DNA of 64,000 bases from Chiloscyllium plagiosum (lineage: Eukaryota), in the NCBI RefSeq assembly GCF_004010195.1, contig NC_057759.1, positions 3,846,438 through 3,910,437 on the forward strand. Direction: 5' to 3'. Below are positions 27,624 to 37,779 of the stretch, one piece after another. The notes under the pieces were generated by a model. The model had not been told where the DNA came from. It was given only the letters and a program-made list of their open reading frames with translations, and made no database searches. Position 1 is the first letter of the stretch. Each line of letters starts with the position of its first letter. A program made the translations under genes and the position numbers.

Positions 27624-27673
<50 letters not shown>

Positions 27674-28528
27674 ACACAAACAGGCACGTAATGTTTCCCA
27701 CCTCTTTTCTGAGGAAAGCAAACCAAGTCTGTTTAATTTCTCTCAATCACTTAAATTCTCTAGCCCCCAAGATGACTTTCTGGTAAATCTCCTAACGTTG
27801 ATGTAAAGAGATGGCATTTCCATTCACTGCTCAGTGACTTATGTCACCCCTCTATATTGTTGTGAGATTTGTGGGATTCTGAAATTCTGCTGATCCATCT
27901 ATGTCCTGACAGTTTTAGATCATAGTGCATGTGTGCGTCTAACTTGTGTCCCTTTCTGAGAAGATTGAATGATATTCCACAAAGCTGGATCAAAGGACAA
28001 TAACTTGAAATGTTCATTCTTTTCTCTTCCTTAGCCCCTCTTTCTCGCTTTCTCGAGAAATGCTATCATCCAAGCTCCCATCTTTTTTCATTCCCGATTT
28101 CTGCCAATTTTATTTTTCTGTTGGCCACAGTAATTAGCTCCCACTTTCCTGGAACTGAGAAGGAAGTGTAGTGTATCTGCCGCAGAATGTAACCTAAAAT
28201 GACCGGAGAAAGGGAAGGTTTGTCAGGGGCAATGTTACTCTATCATACACACTTACAGAGGGTCAGAAGCAAGGAGCCCTCTTTCTCGCTTTCTCGAGAA
28301 ATGCTATCATCCAAGCTCCCATCTTTTTTCATTCCCGATTTCTGCCAATTTTTTTTTTCTGTTGGCCACAGTAATTAGCTCCCACTTTCCTGGAACTGAG
28401 AAGGAAGTGTAGTGTATCTGGCGCAGAATGTAACCTAAAATGACCGGAGAAAGGGAAGGTTTGTCAGGGGCAATGTTACTCTATCATACACACTTACAGA
28501 GGGTCAGAAGCAAGGAGATTAGTGACAT
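1789..28528 (-). CDS. Fc receptor-like (FCRL-type) Ig-superfamily type I membrane receptor with 7 Ig domains, multi-exon, 3' end not found in window
   Basis: Eleven exons with canonical AG/GT ends join in frame (all phase 1) over 2119 nt from ATG 28528 to the TM exon end at 3879: MSLISLLLTLLNLALFGITQG-SQTQHLMTYCELK-7 Ig domains-TM-HRRRDT. The split leader, one domain per exon and the domain starts (IRRPVL, ERFAKPVL, IPVSKPEL, VPVKDAVL) match FCR/FCRL architecture. Exact orthology is not determined. Confidence 0.85.
2415..2445 (-). CDS. Cytoplasmic mini-exon ((G)NSSTVSQLR)
   Basis: tctctcttcag|GC AAT TCG...AGG GA|gtaagt; 31 nt, phase 1 to phase 2; strong splice sites. Confidence 0.7.
2760..3092 (-). 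mobile_element. HE1-type SINE, full length with (TCTAA)n tail
   Basis: tRNA-like head at the right end; (TTAGA)n on the + strand at the left end. Confidence 0.88.
3246..3495 (+). repeat. Degenerate (TTAGGG)-like hexamer tract
   Basis: tttagggttagtgctagggctagagttaggtttaggattagcgttag...gggttaaggt...ggttaaggttagg. Confidence 0.65.
3879..3980 (-). CDS. Transmembrane exon ((A)RSYSKEILVSLLSVLLFAGLIVLVCFIHRRRDT)
   Basis: ggattacag|CT CGG AGC...ACA G|gtctgt; 102 nt, phase 1-1; 21 uncharged residues followed by the HRRR stop-transfer. This frame is absent from the ORF track. Confidence 0.9.
4400..4882 (-). mobile_element. HE1-type SINE spanning an N-gap
   Basis: Same head and (TTAGA)n tail flank the gap 4453-4759. 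Confidence 0.8.
5295..5597 (-). CDS. Ig domain 7 exon (membrane proximal)
   Basis: gttttctccacag|TT CCT GTC AAA...CGA G|gtaaca; 303 nt; LVLRC...FLWYHN...DVGKYHC. Confidence 0.93.
5730..6235 (+). mobile_element. CR1-type LINE 3' fragment
   Basis: SYRERLDKL...RRRLRENLKEVY...RTRGYQFKV plus a CR1-type 3' UTR. Confidence 0.8.
6606..6890 (-). CDS. Ig domain 6 exon
   Basis: atatttatag|GA ATT CCG GTG...ATA G|gtgagt; 285 nt; IPVSKPEL...LICSVSNGSLPIYYQFY...DEGLYHC, resembling the FCRL 'GSPPIxYxFY' motif. Confidence 0.93.
7565..7874 (-). mobile_element. HE1-type SINE, diverged
   Basis: Colinear similarity to 2760-3092. Confidence 0.8.
7880..9120 (-). mobile_element. Decayed CR1 LINE fragments
   Basis: Reverse-complement similarity to the CR1 3' region (ccagaactgcacaca, actccatctgccac motifs). 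Confidence 0.7.
9120..9585 (+). mobile_element. Penelope-like element 3' fragment with terminal repeat
   Basis: HLEEVRLIFRLGTLQPHGINVDF (end of the GIY-YIG region) followed by the CCTGATGAAGGG...CCC terminal motif. Confidence 0.75.
10245..10517 (-). CDS. Ig domain 5 exon
   Basis: ttctgcttttcag|AG TCA TTC...AGA C|gtgagt; 273 nt; IELLC...YTFYRN...DSGTYHCEV. Confidence 0.93.
11239..11520 (-). CDS. Ig domain 4 exon
   Basis: tacattccag|AA CGC TTT GCA...AAG C|gtaact; 282 nt; ERFAKPVL...LMLTC...YSFHRD...DSGNYSCEA, a pattern typical of FCRL membrane-proximal domains. Confidence 0.93.
14087..14344 (-). CDS. Ig domain 3 exon
   Basis: ctttcaatcttag|AT GGA AAT...CAA G|gtaatt; 258 nt; EGETVKLNC...FYKKG...DSGLYSC. 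Confidence 0.92.
15113..15151 (+). ncRNA. Minimal hammerhead ribozyme motif (Penelope-associated)
   Basis: CTGATGA-A-GGGC-tttt-GCCC-GAAA-C-GTC: core boxes, stem II and GUC site. Confidence 0.6.
15440..16830 (-). mobile_element. Decayed CR1 LINE
   Basis: Reverse complement of the CR1 RT region (ggaaccttatcaaa, agttcaatcaagtttg), with many stops. Confidence 0.75.
17076..18198 (+). mobile_element. Young 5'-truncated CR1 LINE with internal deletions
   Basis: [38 protein letters not shown] and LERVQRRFTR motifs; (TTCTATG)n tail. Confidence 0.95.
19393..19659 (-). CDS. Ig domain 2 exon
   Basis: ttttgctttggcag|TT TCT GAT...TCA G|gttggt; 267 nt; IEMSC...GWYRN...DEASYRC. Confidence 0.92.
21057..21302 (-). 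CDS. Ig domain 1 exon
   Basis: ttttttcag|CT ATT CGA AGG CCT...ACA G|gtaagt; 246 nt; LKLEC...IYWFKN...GGSYHC. Confidence 0.92.
22865..22906 (-). CDS. 42-nt micro-exon ((G)SQTQHLMTYCELK)
   Basis: Long pyrimidine tract ...ctttgttactttcag|GC TCT CAA...CTC AAA G|gtatct; phase 1-1, no stop. The donor is weaker. Confidence 0.6.
24662..24691 (-). CDS. Signal peptide mini-exon S2 ((L)NLALFGITQ(G))
   Basis: cccttttgttttccag|TG AAT CTT GCT CTG TTT GGA ATC ACC CAA G|gtaaga; 30 nt, phase 1-1; completes a 21-aa leader. Confidence 0.85.
25702..27582. mobile_element. Two inverted copies of a non-autonomous Tc1/mariner (Tigger/pogo-like) element
   Basis: Termini CAGGAACTTCAATTATCCGAA ... TTCAGATAATCGAAGTTCTTCTG-TA, then TCAGATTATCCGAA ... 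GGATAATCGAGGTAC. Internal sequences mirror each other, and there are CCCCGTCCAACA-type subrepeats. Confidence 0.55.
27582..27662 (+). repeat. (CA)n/(TG)n self-complementary compound microsatellite
   Basis: (AC)n, atatatacatat, then (GT)n. Confidence 0.9.
28036..28517. repeat. 241-bp tandem duplication
   Basis: 28036-28276 and 28277-28517 are identical apart from two substitutions seen. Confidence 0.95.
28498..28528 (-). CDS. Signal peptide exon S1 (MSLISLLLTL)
   Basis: ATG TCA CTA ATC TCC TTG CTT CTG ACC CTC T|GTAAGT; 31 coding nt, phase 1, hydrophobic. Confidence 0.85.
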
Positions 28529-29239
28529 TTCTGACGCGGTTTTGTAGTACAGCAGTTTCCAACTCAGTGTGACCTGTTGCCAGCTACATCAATGCCTTCT
28601 CTCTCACATTTACCTGTAACAGAAGGAGATAGGTTCAGAAACATCAAATGGAAGCAGCTCTCTCTATACACTTCAAACATTTCCAACTAATTAATGCCAC
28701 TTACAGGAACAGCAGTAGGCCATTCAGCCCTTTGGAGCCTACTCTACCATTCAACGCCTGACCTGTGGCCGAGCTCCATATATCTGCCTGCCCCCTATCC
28801 CCTTCATATTGCTGCGGAAGAAACATTGACGAACTCAGAATGGAAAATAACGACTGATCCACCATCCAATGGCATTTATGGAAGTGAGTTCCAATCACCT
28901 CCCACCCTTTCTGTGGGAAGCACTTCCTAACATTTCTCCTGCATGTTCCATTCCTAAATCTCAGAATATGTCCTCCCCATTTCTGGTATCGCCAACCAGT
29001 GGACACAGTTTCTCTTAATCCATCCTATCTTTTCCTGTCAATATCTTCAATCGGATCGCCCCTCAACACTTTAAATTCTGGAGAAAACAGGTCTCATTTG
29101 CGTAATCTCTCCTCATAATTTAATCCCTGAAGTCCAGGTCCCATTCTTGGCAACCTAACTTGTACTCTCTCCAAGGCGAATCCATCCTTCCTAGCATTGA
29201 GTTGAGACAGCAGTGCTCCCATTGTCCAACAATCGCTAG

Positions 29240-29282
29240 AGATTCGATAGATCTGGCAGCACTTGTCGGGAGTGTCTGTGTC

Positions 29283-29319
<37 letters not shown>

Positions 29320-29990
29320 AACAGAATTAATTTTATAAACACAGGAAATACTGGAGAAATGCAACAGATCTGGCATCATATTTGGGGGGAGGGAATGAGA
29401 GAGAAGGCAGGGTAAGGTTACAGCTTATGAACACAGGAAGTGTTGGAGAAACTCAGCCAGTCTGGCAGCATTGGCGGGGAGTGTGCGAGAGAAGCAGAGA
29501 TAATGTTTAGATTTGATTACTTACAGTGTGGAAACAGGCATTAGGCCCAACAAGTCCACACCGACCCGCCAAAGCGCAACTCACCCAGACCCATTCCCCT
29601 ATATTTACTCCTGCGCCTAACACTATGGGCAATTTACCATGGCCAATTCACCCAACCTGCACATGTTTGGACTATTGGAGGAAATTAGAGCACTCGGAGT
29701 AAACCCACGGGGAGAATGTGCAACCTCCACACAGTCAGTCGCCTGAGGCGGGAATTGAACCTGGGTATCTCGCACTGGGAGGCAGCAGTGCGAACCATTG
29801 TGCCGCCGCCGTGCCACCCACGGTTTATAGTTTATAAACATAGGAAGTATTGGAGAAACTCAGCCCGTCTGGCAGCATTTGTGCGGAGTGTGCGAGAGAA
29901 ACAGAGATAATGTTATAGTTTATAATACGGGAAGTGCTGGAAAAACTCACTAGGTTGGGCAGCATCTTGGAAAGAAAGAGAAACAACTAT
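29240..29990 (+). repeat. Degenerate minisatellite with about 65-75 bp units (ACAGGAAGTGCTGGAGAAACTCAGCxGGTCTGGCAGCAT...GAGAGAAACAGAG)
   Basis: At least five units; related arrays at 32770-33130 (+) and 62420-62780 (-). Confidence 0.75.
29506..29817 (-). mobile_element. HE1-type SINE inserted in a minisatellite
   Basis: Colinear similarity to 2760-3092. Confidence 0.8.
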
Positions 29991-30929
29991 GGGATGAATA
30001 CAAGCAAATGAGACTAATATAGTTCGTGAAACTTGTTTGGGATGGCTGAGCTGGGGTGAAGTATCTGTTTCTGTGCTGTAGGACGCTATGACTACAGTCC
30101 CTGTCGCTCTCCAGACTCAGAGTCTTACATGGTCATTGGGAATATTGAAGCAGATTGAGGACCGAAATAATGGGTCTGTTTCAGATTCCCTTGCCCATTG
30201 CCTTCACTGCTTAGGAGACCAGAGAGAATATGCTAACAAATTCTCTCTGACCGTTGGCTCCAAAACAGAGAGACACAGGAAGCTTCCCACGTTTCATGGC
30301 ACTCATATGGACACCCATCCAGACTACCGCCTCCCCGAGAAGGAAATCCACATCAGCTCTGCAAGGCTTTTAGAATGAGCTTTATCAACGTTCAGCAGGC
30401 ATCCCGAGGCAGATTACACCTCTGCAGCTGTAAGTGATATATTGTCACGGATCTTTCTGCCTTTAAACCAGCAACATCTGCAACTAAAATAGAATTCACT
30501 GATAAAAGTAAACGAAAGAAAATCGTGCAACCCACCAAAACACAGAATCTGTCCATCCCCCCGCCAATCCTAATACATATCTGCTTTATATCTCTATTTC
30601 CCTTTCACCACAATTAACAACCGATTTGTTCTTTGTACCACCACTGACCTGTTCCACTATCGAGAGTATTACAAACACTGTTTTTTCCCAGCCTTTCAGT
30701 TATGAAGAAGAGCCACTGGATTCGAAATGTTATCTCTGTTTGTCTCTGAGCTTCTTCAACACTTTCTGTGTTTATAACCAGTAATATGGAACAGTACCGC
30801 ACAGGAACAAGCCTTTCAAACATCACAACAAAGGAAACTGAGCCATTCTGCATGTCCTTGGTGCATATCCCTCCATTCCGTGAATTTCCAAATGCTGACC
30901 TAAAACAGCGCTTATGAAACACCATCCCT

Positions 30930-32400
30930 GGAAATGTGGTTCACACTCCTACAACTTTCTGTGTAAAAACAACTCGCCCCGTACATCTCCTTTGAACTTC
31001 CCTTCTCTCAACTTAAATGTATACACCAGTATTAGACATTTTAACTTTAAGGAAAAACGATTCTGATGATCAATGCTTTCTAAGCAAAACTTAATTTTAT
31101 AGACTTCTATCATTTTCCCCCTCAGCCTCTGCCGCACCAGACGAAACAATCCAGGTTTTTCTAGCCTCTCATTATCGTTGATGCTGTCCTTTCCAGGCAG
31201 AATCCTCGTAAATCTATTCTGTATTCTTCCAAATCCTCCACATCCTTCCTGTAATGTCGTGATCAGATTTGAACACATACCCTAAGTATGGCTTAACTAA
31301 TGTCTTATGGAGCTGCAATTTTACACCCTGACTCTTATACTCATTCATGCCATTCAATAAAGGCAAGAATGTCGTACGCTTTCTTTACCACCCTATCTAC
31401 TTGCATGGCTATTTTCAGTGACCTATGGACTTGATCCTTCTTTACATCAGAGCTGGACGATTAAGTGGATATTTTATTCTTAACGTTTGATCTCCCAAAG
31501 CCTCATATTTACAAGGATTATCCTTCATCTGCCATTTCTCTGCCCATATCTGCAAACGATCTGTATCCCATCCATAACTCCACCAACACAAACAGCAGAG
31601 ATCCCTGTGAAACACCACTAATGATGGACCTCTAGGCTGAAAACCACCTTTTCACCATTACCCTCTGTCTTCTTTGGGCAAGCCAAATTTGAATTCAAGC
31701 CGCTAAGTAATTGTGGATCCCATGCATCTGAATCTTCTGGATAAGCCAACCAAGAGGAGCCGTGTCAGATGCCTTACTAAAACGTATGGAAATAGCACCC
31801 ACAGCTCTACCCTCATCGATCACCTTCCTCCCCTCCTTGAAAAATTCAATCAAGTTAGTAAGACATGAGCTGCCCTGCACAAAATCATACTGACTGCCCC
31901 ACATTAAACTGCGCTTTTCCAAATATGCACAAATCCTTTCCATAAGAGTTGTCTATAATAGCTTCCCCACCACTGATGTGAGAATTGCTGGTCTATGGTT
32001 TCCTTCATTATCACTATTTTCCTTTTTTAACAAAGGAACAACATTAGGTACTTGCCAGTTCTCTAGACCTCTGCATTGCCTCGCGAGGATACAAAGATCT
32101 TAGCCAAGGCCCCAGAAAACTCTCTCTATTACGTCTGTCAATAATATGGGGTAGATACCATCGGGCCTTGATGTCGATGCCATCGGGCCCTGAGGACTCA
32201 TCCACCTTAATGCTTTCAAGAGACCCACATCACTTCTTTCTTGATCTCAACATGCTGTAGTTAATTAGTGTGCTCCACACAAATCTCACTATCCTACATA
32301 TAATTTTCCTGGGTGAATACCAATGTTCATTTAGGATCTCACCCACACAGTCTGCCTCCAAACACAAGTGCCCTCCTTTTACCTTGATTGGTCCTATCTT
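30930..32400 (-). mobile_element. Decayed CR1 LINE
   Basis: GSSCLTNLIEFF...VIDEGRAV...FSKASD; IQNRFTRILPG...RQRLRG. Mirrored at 63150-64000 (+). Confidence 0.85.
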
Positions 32401-34689
32401 CTCCCTCATTATCCTCTGTTTGTAATGAGACCTGTTGCGTTTCCGCAACATTTTCTGTGTTCTGTGTAACGTTAACTCTGTTTCTCTATCTCTCTCTCAC
32501 TTCTATTTTTGTTTATTCAATTGCTCATACTCACACTCGCTATTCAGAAAGTAACATTGTGACATCACCAATTTGATGGTAACAATTATTAGACACAGTC
32601 TAAACGTATTGATCTGATATTTCTATACTGTGCTACTGACCCATCTGGTTTTATTTTACAGCACAGAACACTTTTAATTATAAGTGGTCGGACAGACAGT
32701 CCTGACACGAGACCAGGAATGCGATGATGTGAATTGCAGTATTCATTAACAAAAAAAGAGACCGTGGGGGATGCTGGAGAAAGCAAGCAAAAACAGAAAG
32801 TACTGGAGAAACTCAGTAGGTCTGGCAGCATCTGTGGAGAGAGAGAGAGAGAAAACGAGTTAACGTTACAGATTGCAAACACAGAAGATGTTAAAGAATC
32901 TCAGCAGGTCTCGCAGCATGTGTGAATAGAGGCAGAACAGAAATAACGTTACAAATTATAGATACAGAAAGTACTGGAGAAACTCAGTAGGTGTGGTAGC
33001 GTTTCTGAATAGAGACACTACAGAACTAATGTGACAGACTATAGACAAAGGAAGTCCTGCAGAACCTCAACAGGTCTGTCTGCATGTGTGAATAGAGACA
33101 GAACAGAGATAACATTGCAGTTTATAAAGACAGAAATCACAGCTGTTGTGTGTGACCAACCTTCTGCATACACGAAAAGGTCGGTGAAAACATCTGTAGG
33201 AAACTGCAGATGCAGAAACACCGATCTGCTAGGTAACTGAAGCATACCCTCCCCACTCTTACATTCAAATCCCGTCACAATGAACCGGAACATACCACGA
33301 GCTTTCCTGAATGCGATGTAGCTTCACACCAACCTTCCATCCTTACAGAACCAACTGCCCGGAATGTGCTGATTTCCCAACTGGGAGTCTCTCAGAAAGT
33401 TAAATGTTTTTGTTGTTTGATTCTGAATGAGAAAAAGGAACTGCAGTGACAGATTGATCAGCTGCATCGCTTTTTTGATGCAGTTATCACTCAGTGTTCC
33501 AGTCAGTCCCCGCTCCCTGGGGGGCACTGAAAACAGCACGAGTGCTAGAACCATTTTAAACAAAGGCCTTATGGGACAATAAGTTTCCATTCTGTAAATG
33601 TCATGTTCAGTGGAGCTCAGCGAGTGAGAGGAGGATTGCCGAAGTGAAGTTGTGTGTCTGAACGAAAGGGTAACTGGAAGTGCCGACTGATGGGTACTCA
33701 TGCACAGGATACATAACAGCCTGGAGGCTTGGCTGCTTCTCACGTCTGGTGTATGAGTGGAAGGCAATGCAGGAACACAGGTCTGCTATAGATCCTTGTT
33801 CAGTAGATTAGACTGGATAATGACAACTAAATGCACCAGCATTAACAGCACCTCCGCTTGGAATACGAAGTCAACTTATTGTCTCAGTGATGAGAAACTT
33901 CACAGTGATTGAGTGCAGAGGGATCTGGATGTCCTTGTGCATGAATCTCGAAAACATAATGAAACAACTCCATGAGCCTGCTATACCATCACCAAGTCGA
34001 TCTTCATTTACATGTGCATAGTCCATCACACTAACCAATCTGGCTCAGAACCCGCTCCTACAACAAACAGAATTCCTGCTACCCCTGTTTTTTTCCGCCA
34101 GTCAGGGCTCCCTGATCGAACCAGGTTAGAAGCACCAATCAGGGAACTTAGGTTCTATGAGGTTCACCTAGCTGAACCCAATCCAAACACTACTTCCCAC
34201 CTTCCGTCAGTCCTGGTACATAGGCCTGTTCTTTTCCCCAGAGCTTCTTCTAGTGCATTTTAGCATAAGGTCCAGTCCTGGCAACTCTGCCTTGAATACC
34301 GATGGCTTTTACCAGTTAGTAGCCTGCTCTTGCTCGCAATGTGTGTTGGAAGAAAGTCATCATCTTCCTCAGTCGGTAACGGCGTTAAGGCTGTGCCATA
34401 TGCCATGTCCATCTCATTCTGAGAGGTTTCTGCGAGGATAGACTGAAGGGGAGATCCCACAGTTTCTGACAGCCTTGCTGGATGGTCTGAGGAAGTGGAG
34501 TGTGTTTTGCTCCTGCCCAGTTTGTGAGATTGCAGCTTTAATGTGGTCCATGCTTGTTCAGGATTGCATCTCCTCCCCCACATCTCTTACCCAAGTAGAG
34601 CCATTCCCACAATTTGAACATCAAGCTTCGTTCGCTAAAGTAAACCGTCTTTTGAACATCAAGCTTCGTTCGCTAAAGTAAACCGTCTC

Positions 34690-35640
34690 TTCAACTTAGA
34701 GGAGTCTTGGGTCCAGCAATGAGTGCCCATGATGTCGTTTCCTTATCTCCATCAGGTCAGGGAGGATCAGGTTTAACCTGGTGTGCAGACTTCTCCCCAT
34801 TAGCAGCTCTGCATTAGAGCTGTACTTGCAGCTACGTGAGGAGTGGCCCTATCACTGAAAAGGAACCAACATTAAAGAGAAAGAGGGGACTTCAGCTGCA
34901 CAGGTCAGAGTCAAAAAACGTGGCACTGGAAAAGCACAGCAGATCAGGCAACATTCAAGGAGCAGAAAAATAGAGGTTTCAGGCATTTCACATTAAAGGC
35001 ACATGTCCGAAATGTCGACTCTTCTGTTTTGCTTTTCCAGTGCCACACATTTTGACGATGTTTCTTTAAGCCTTCCTTCAACGTTTGGTCTGCTCTTTCT
35101 GCAAGACCACTGGATGATGGATGGTATGCTTACATGACAACTGCCATTCGCCTTGAGGAAATTGTAGTGATTGGACAAAGGGCCAGGTGAATCCCATTGA
35201 GTATGAGATTGGGGCTGTTAGTAATGACGAAGTAGGGAGCTCTAGCTGACAGATACAAACAGGACTCTCAGATGATACCCCAGAAAGCAGTCTCCTGTAC
35301 TGATGCAAACACCTGTGGATATTCATTTCGGCATACTTCAGGGAATCCGTATTGAATTACAATTGCAGACATGCACAGCTCAGGTCCAGCTTTATGAAGA
35401 ACAGCACCCCACCAGATTTGCGTATTAGTTTTCTATTTGAGGGATTGGGTAGTTATCCAGCTGCGAAAAGCAGTTTGTTACTGAAATATCCCACAAAGGA
35501 AAATGAACCTGTTGTGCCGCATAATTACTAATAACAGTGTTGTCCATTCCACAAATTGGATAGGTTTGATGTCTCTTTCACTTTACAGCCTCCTGATATC
35601 TGCCTCTACATTTGCAAATAAAACTAATGGCACTGGATAG
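34690..35640 (-). mobile_element. Ty3/Gypsy pol remnant (RT plus integrase)
   Basis: Mirror copy of 59880-60900. Confidence 0.75.
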
Positions 35641-36134
35641 GCCGTGCAGATTTATGGAATTGTTTCTTGGTCTCTTTGATCATCCCTGCAGCCTAAAGCA
35701 ATGGTTTACAGCACAAGGGAGCAGAGGTGATTCCACCTTCAGGCAACTATCTGTGTGGAGTTTTCATATTCGGCCCATGGTTCCACCGGTTTCTTCCTGG
35801 TACTCTGATTTCCTGGCAGATTCCAAGGATGCACAGGTAAGTTTGAATGGCCAGACTAAATTGCTCTGTGTGTGGATTCACACTGGAAAATGAAGGGTTA
35901 CAGGATGGGTCTGGGTTGGATAGATTTGGAAAGCTTGGTGTCGACTGAATAGATAAAACGTTTTTTTCATGCACTAGGAATTATATTATATAAGCTTAGA
36001 GAAATACCCGACAATATTGAATTAGGACATTACTCAAGCAGCCATTTTCCAATCTGAAAATATAAGGCCAATTAAATTGAATCTTTCTCAAACAATTTCG
36101 CCATCAAGATTGGCCCTGAGCCTTTTAGGCGGAA

Positions 36135-37003
36135 GTGGGTACTGCAGATGCTGGGGATTAGTGTCAAGATTAGAGGGGTGCTCAAAAAGCACAGCAGGTC
36201 AGGCAGCATCCAAGGAGCAGGAAAATCGATGTTTTGGACAAAATCCCTTCATCAGGAATGAGAGCGGGAGCCTCGAGGTGGAGAGGTAAAAGGGAACGGG
36301 CTAGGGCTGAGGAGAATGTAGTTGAGAGTGCAATAGATGGATGCAGGTGGGGTGAAGATGATAGGTCGGAGAGGAGAGTGGAGGGGATAGGTGGAAATGA
36401 AGATTGACAGGTGGGACAGTTTGCGAGGACAGTGCTCCCGATGCGGTCTCTTCTATACTGGGGAGACTGGACCTTCTTGCAGAGCACTTCAGAGAACATC
36501 TCCGGGACACCCGCACAAATCAAGCCCTCTGCCCCGTGCCCGAACATTTCAACTTCCCCTCCCTCTCTGCGGATGACATGCAGGTCATGGGCCTCCTCCA
36601 CCGCCGCTCCCGCATCATCCGACACCTGGAGAAAGAATTCCTCATCATCCGCATGAGATCCCTTCAACCCCCGGCATCAATGTGGACTTCACCAGTTTCT
36701 TTATTTCTCCTCATCCCACTTTATCCCAGTTCCAACCTTCCAGCTCAGCACAGTCCTCATGACCTGTCCCACCTGTCAATCTTCCTTCCCAAGTATCCGC
36801 TCCACACTCCTCTACGGCTACCACCTTCACTACCACCTCCATCCACCTATTGCACTCTCAGCTACATTCATCCCAGCCCCACCCCCTGCCACTTACCTCT
36901 CCACCCCCGAGGCTCCAGGCTCATTCCTGATGAAGGGCTTTTGCCCGAAACGTCGATTGTCCTGCTCCTCGGATGCTGCCTGACCTGCTGTGCTTTTCAA
37001 CTC
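36135..37003. mobile_element. Penelope-like element remnant with inverted termini
   Basis: CSRCGLFYTGET...LAEHFREHLRD...VPEHFN (GIY-YIG endonuclease); terminal repeat present in both orientations. Mirror at 58609-59410. Confidence 0.8.
36921..36958 (+). ncRNA. Minimal hammerhead ribozyme motif (Penelope-associated)
   Basis: CTGATGAAGGGCTTTTGCCCGAAACGTC, identical core to 15120-15147. Confidence 0.6.
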
Positions 37004-37779
37004 TAATATGATCCGAGACTTTTCGTACAATCAGTGGTAACTGAACCACCTGCTTTTCGTAAGAGACCAGAACAGAAGTTGCACCCTTAATCTGTAACGA
37101 TTAAAAGCAATGTAACTTTTCCAAATCAGCTGTAAGTGGACATGCCCAGGTGTGCAACCTCCTGGACACAAGCCTATGAGTTCTCTTATTCAATTCAGGC
37201 CGACTGTGCATCATGTGCTTTCTTTTGTCCACATACTAACAGAAACTGCAATCACTTGCTGGCCTGCATGAATACAATTTTCAAACGTGAACCATCCCCT
37301 ATCCACCATCAATTACTTTAGTATGGCTTTGCAATATATCATTGCCAATTCATGCCTCTTATATCATGCACCCCTTTATTTAGCATCAGGATTCTAGCTC
37401 CTAATTCAACTACTTGGCTTTTCATCTTCATGAAGAATGCTGCCACATTATGGTCACTCTTCTCCAAATGATCTTTCCACACCAAGACTGTTAATGCATC
37501 ATTTCTCATTGCAAATTTTCCCATTTAGAATAGGCTGCTTTCCAGTTGGTGCTGCAAAGTTAAAGAACCATCCCTCACTCTGTCACGCATACACAAACTC
37601 ATCCACGTTTCAAGAAGGTGGATCACTACCACCTTCTCAAAGGAAACTAAGAACAGACAACAAATACTTATCCGCCAGTGACGCCCACGTCCCTCAAAGC
37701 AATTTTTAATAATACACATGCACATACTAATGGAAATACTCCCCCATTTTGTTTTGTCAAATATCTATGTCAATTAAAG

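Noticed and set aside
28614..28644. Alternative first exon MFLNLSPSVT|gtaaat
   Set aside because: Poorly hydrophobic; the exon at 28498-28528 gives a much better leader and donor. The site may instead be a 5'UTR acceptor.
30185..30429. Plus-strand exon-like segment (ttcag|...|gtaagt)
   Set aside because: Stops in all three frames and no recognisable product; a non-coding exon cannot be supported from sequence alone.
29240..33130. CRISPR-like repeat-spacer array
   Set aside because: Vertebrate context, degenerate units without unique spacers, and no cas genes.
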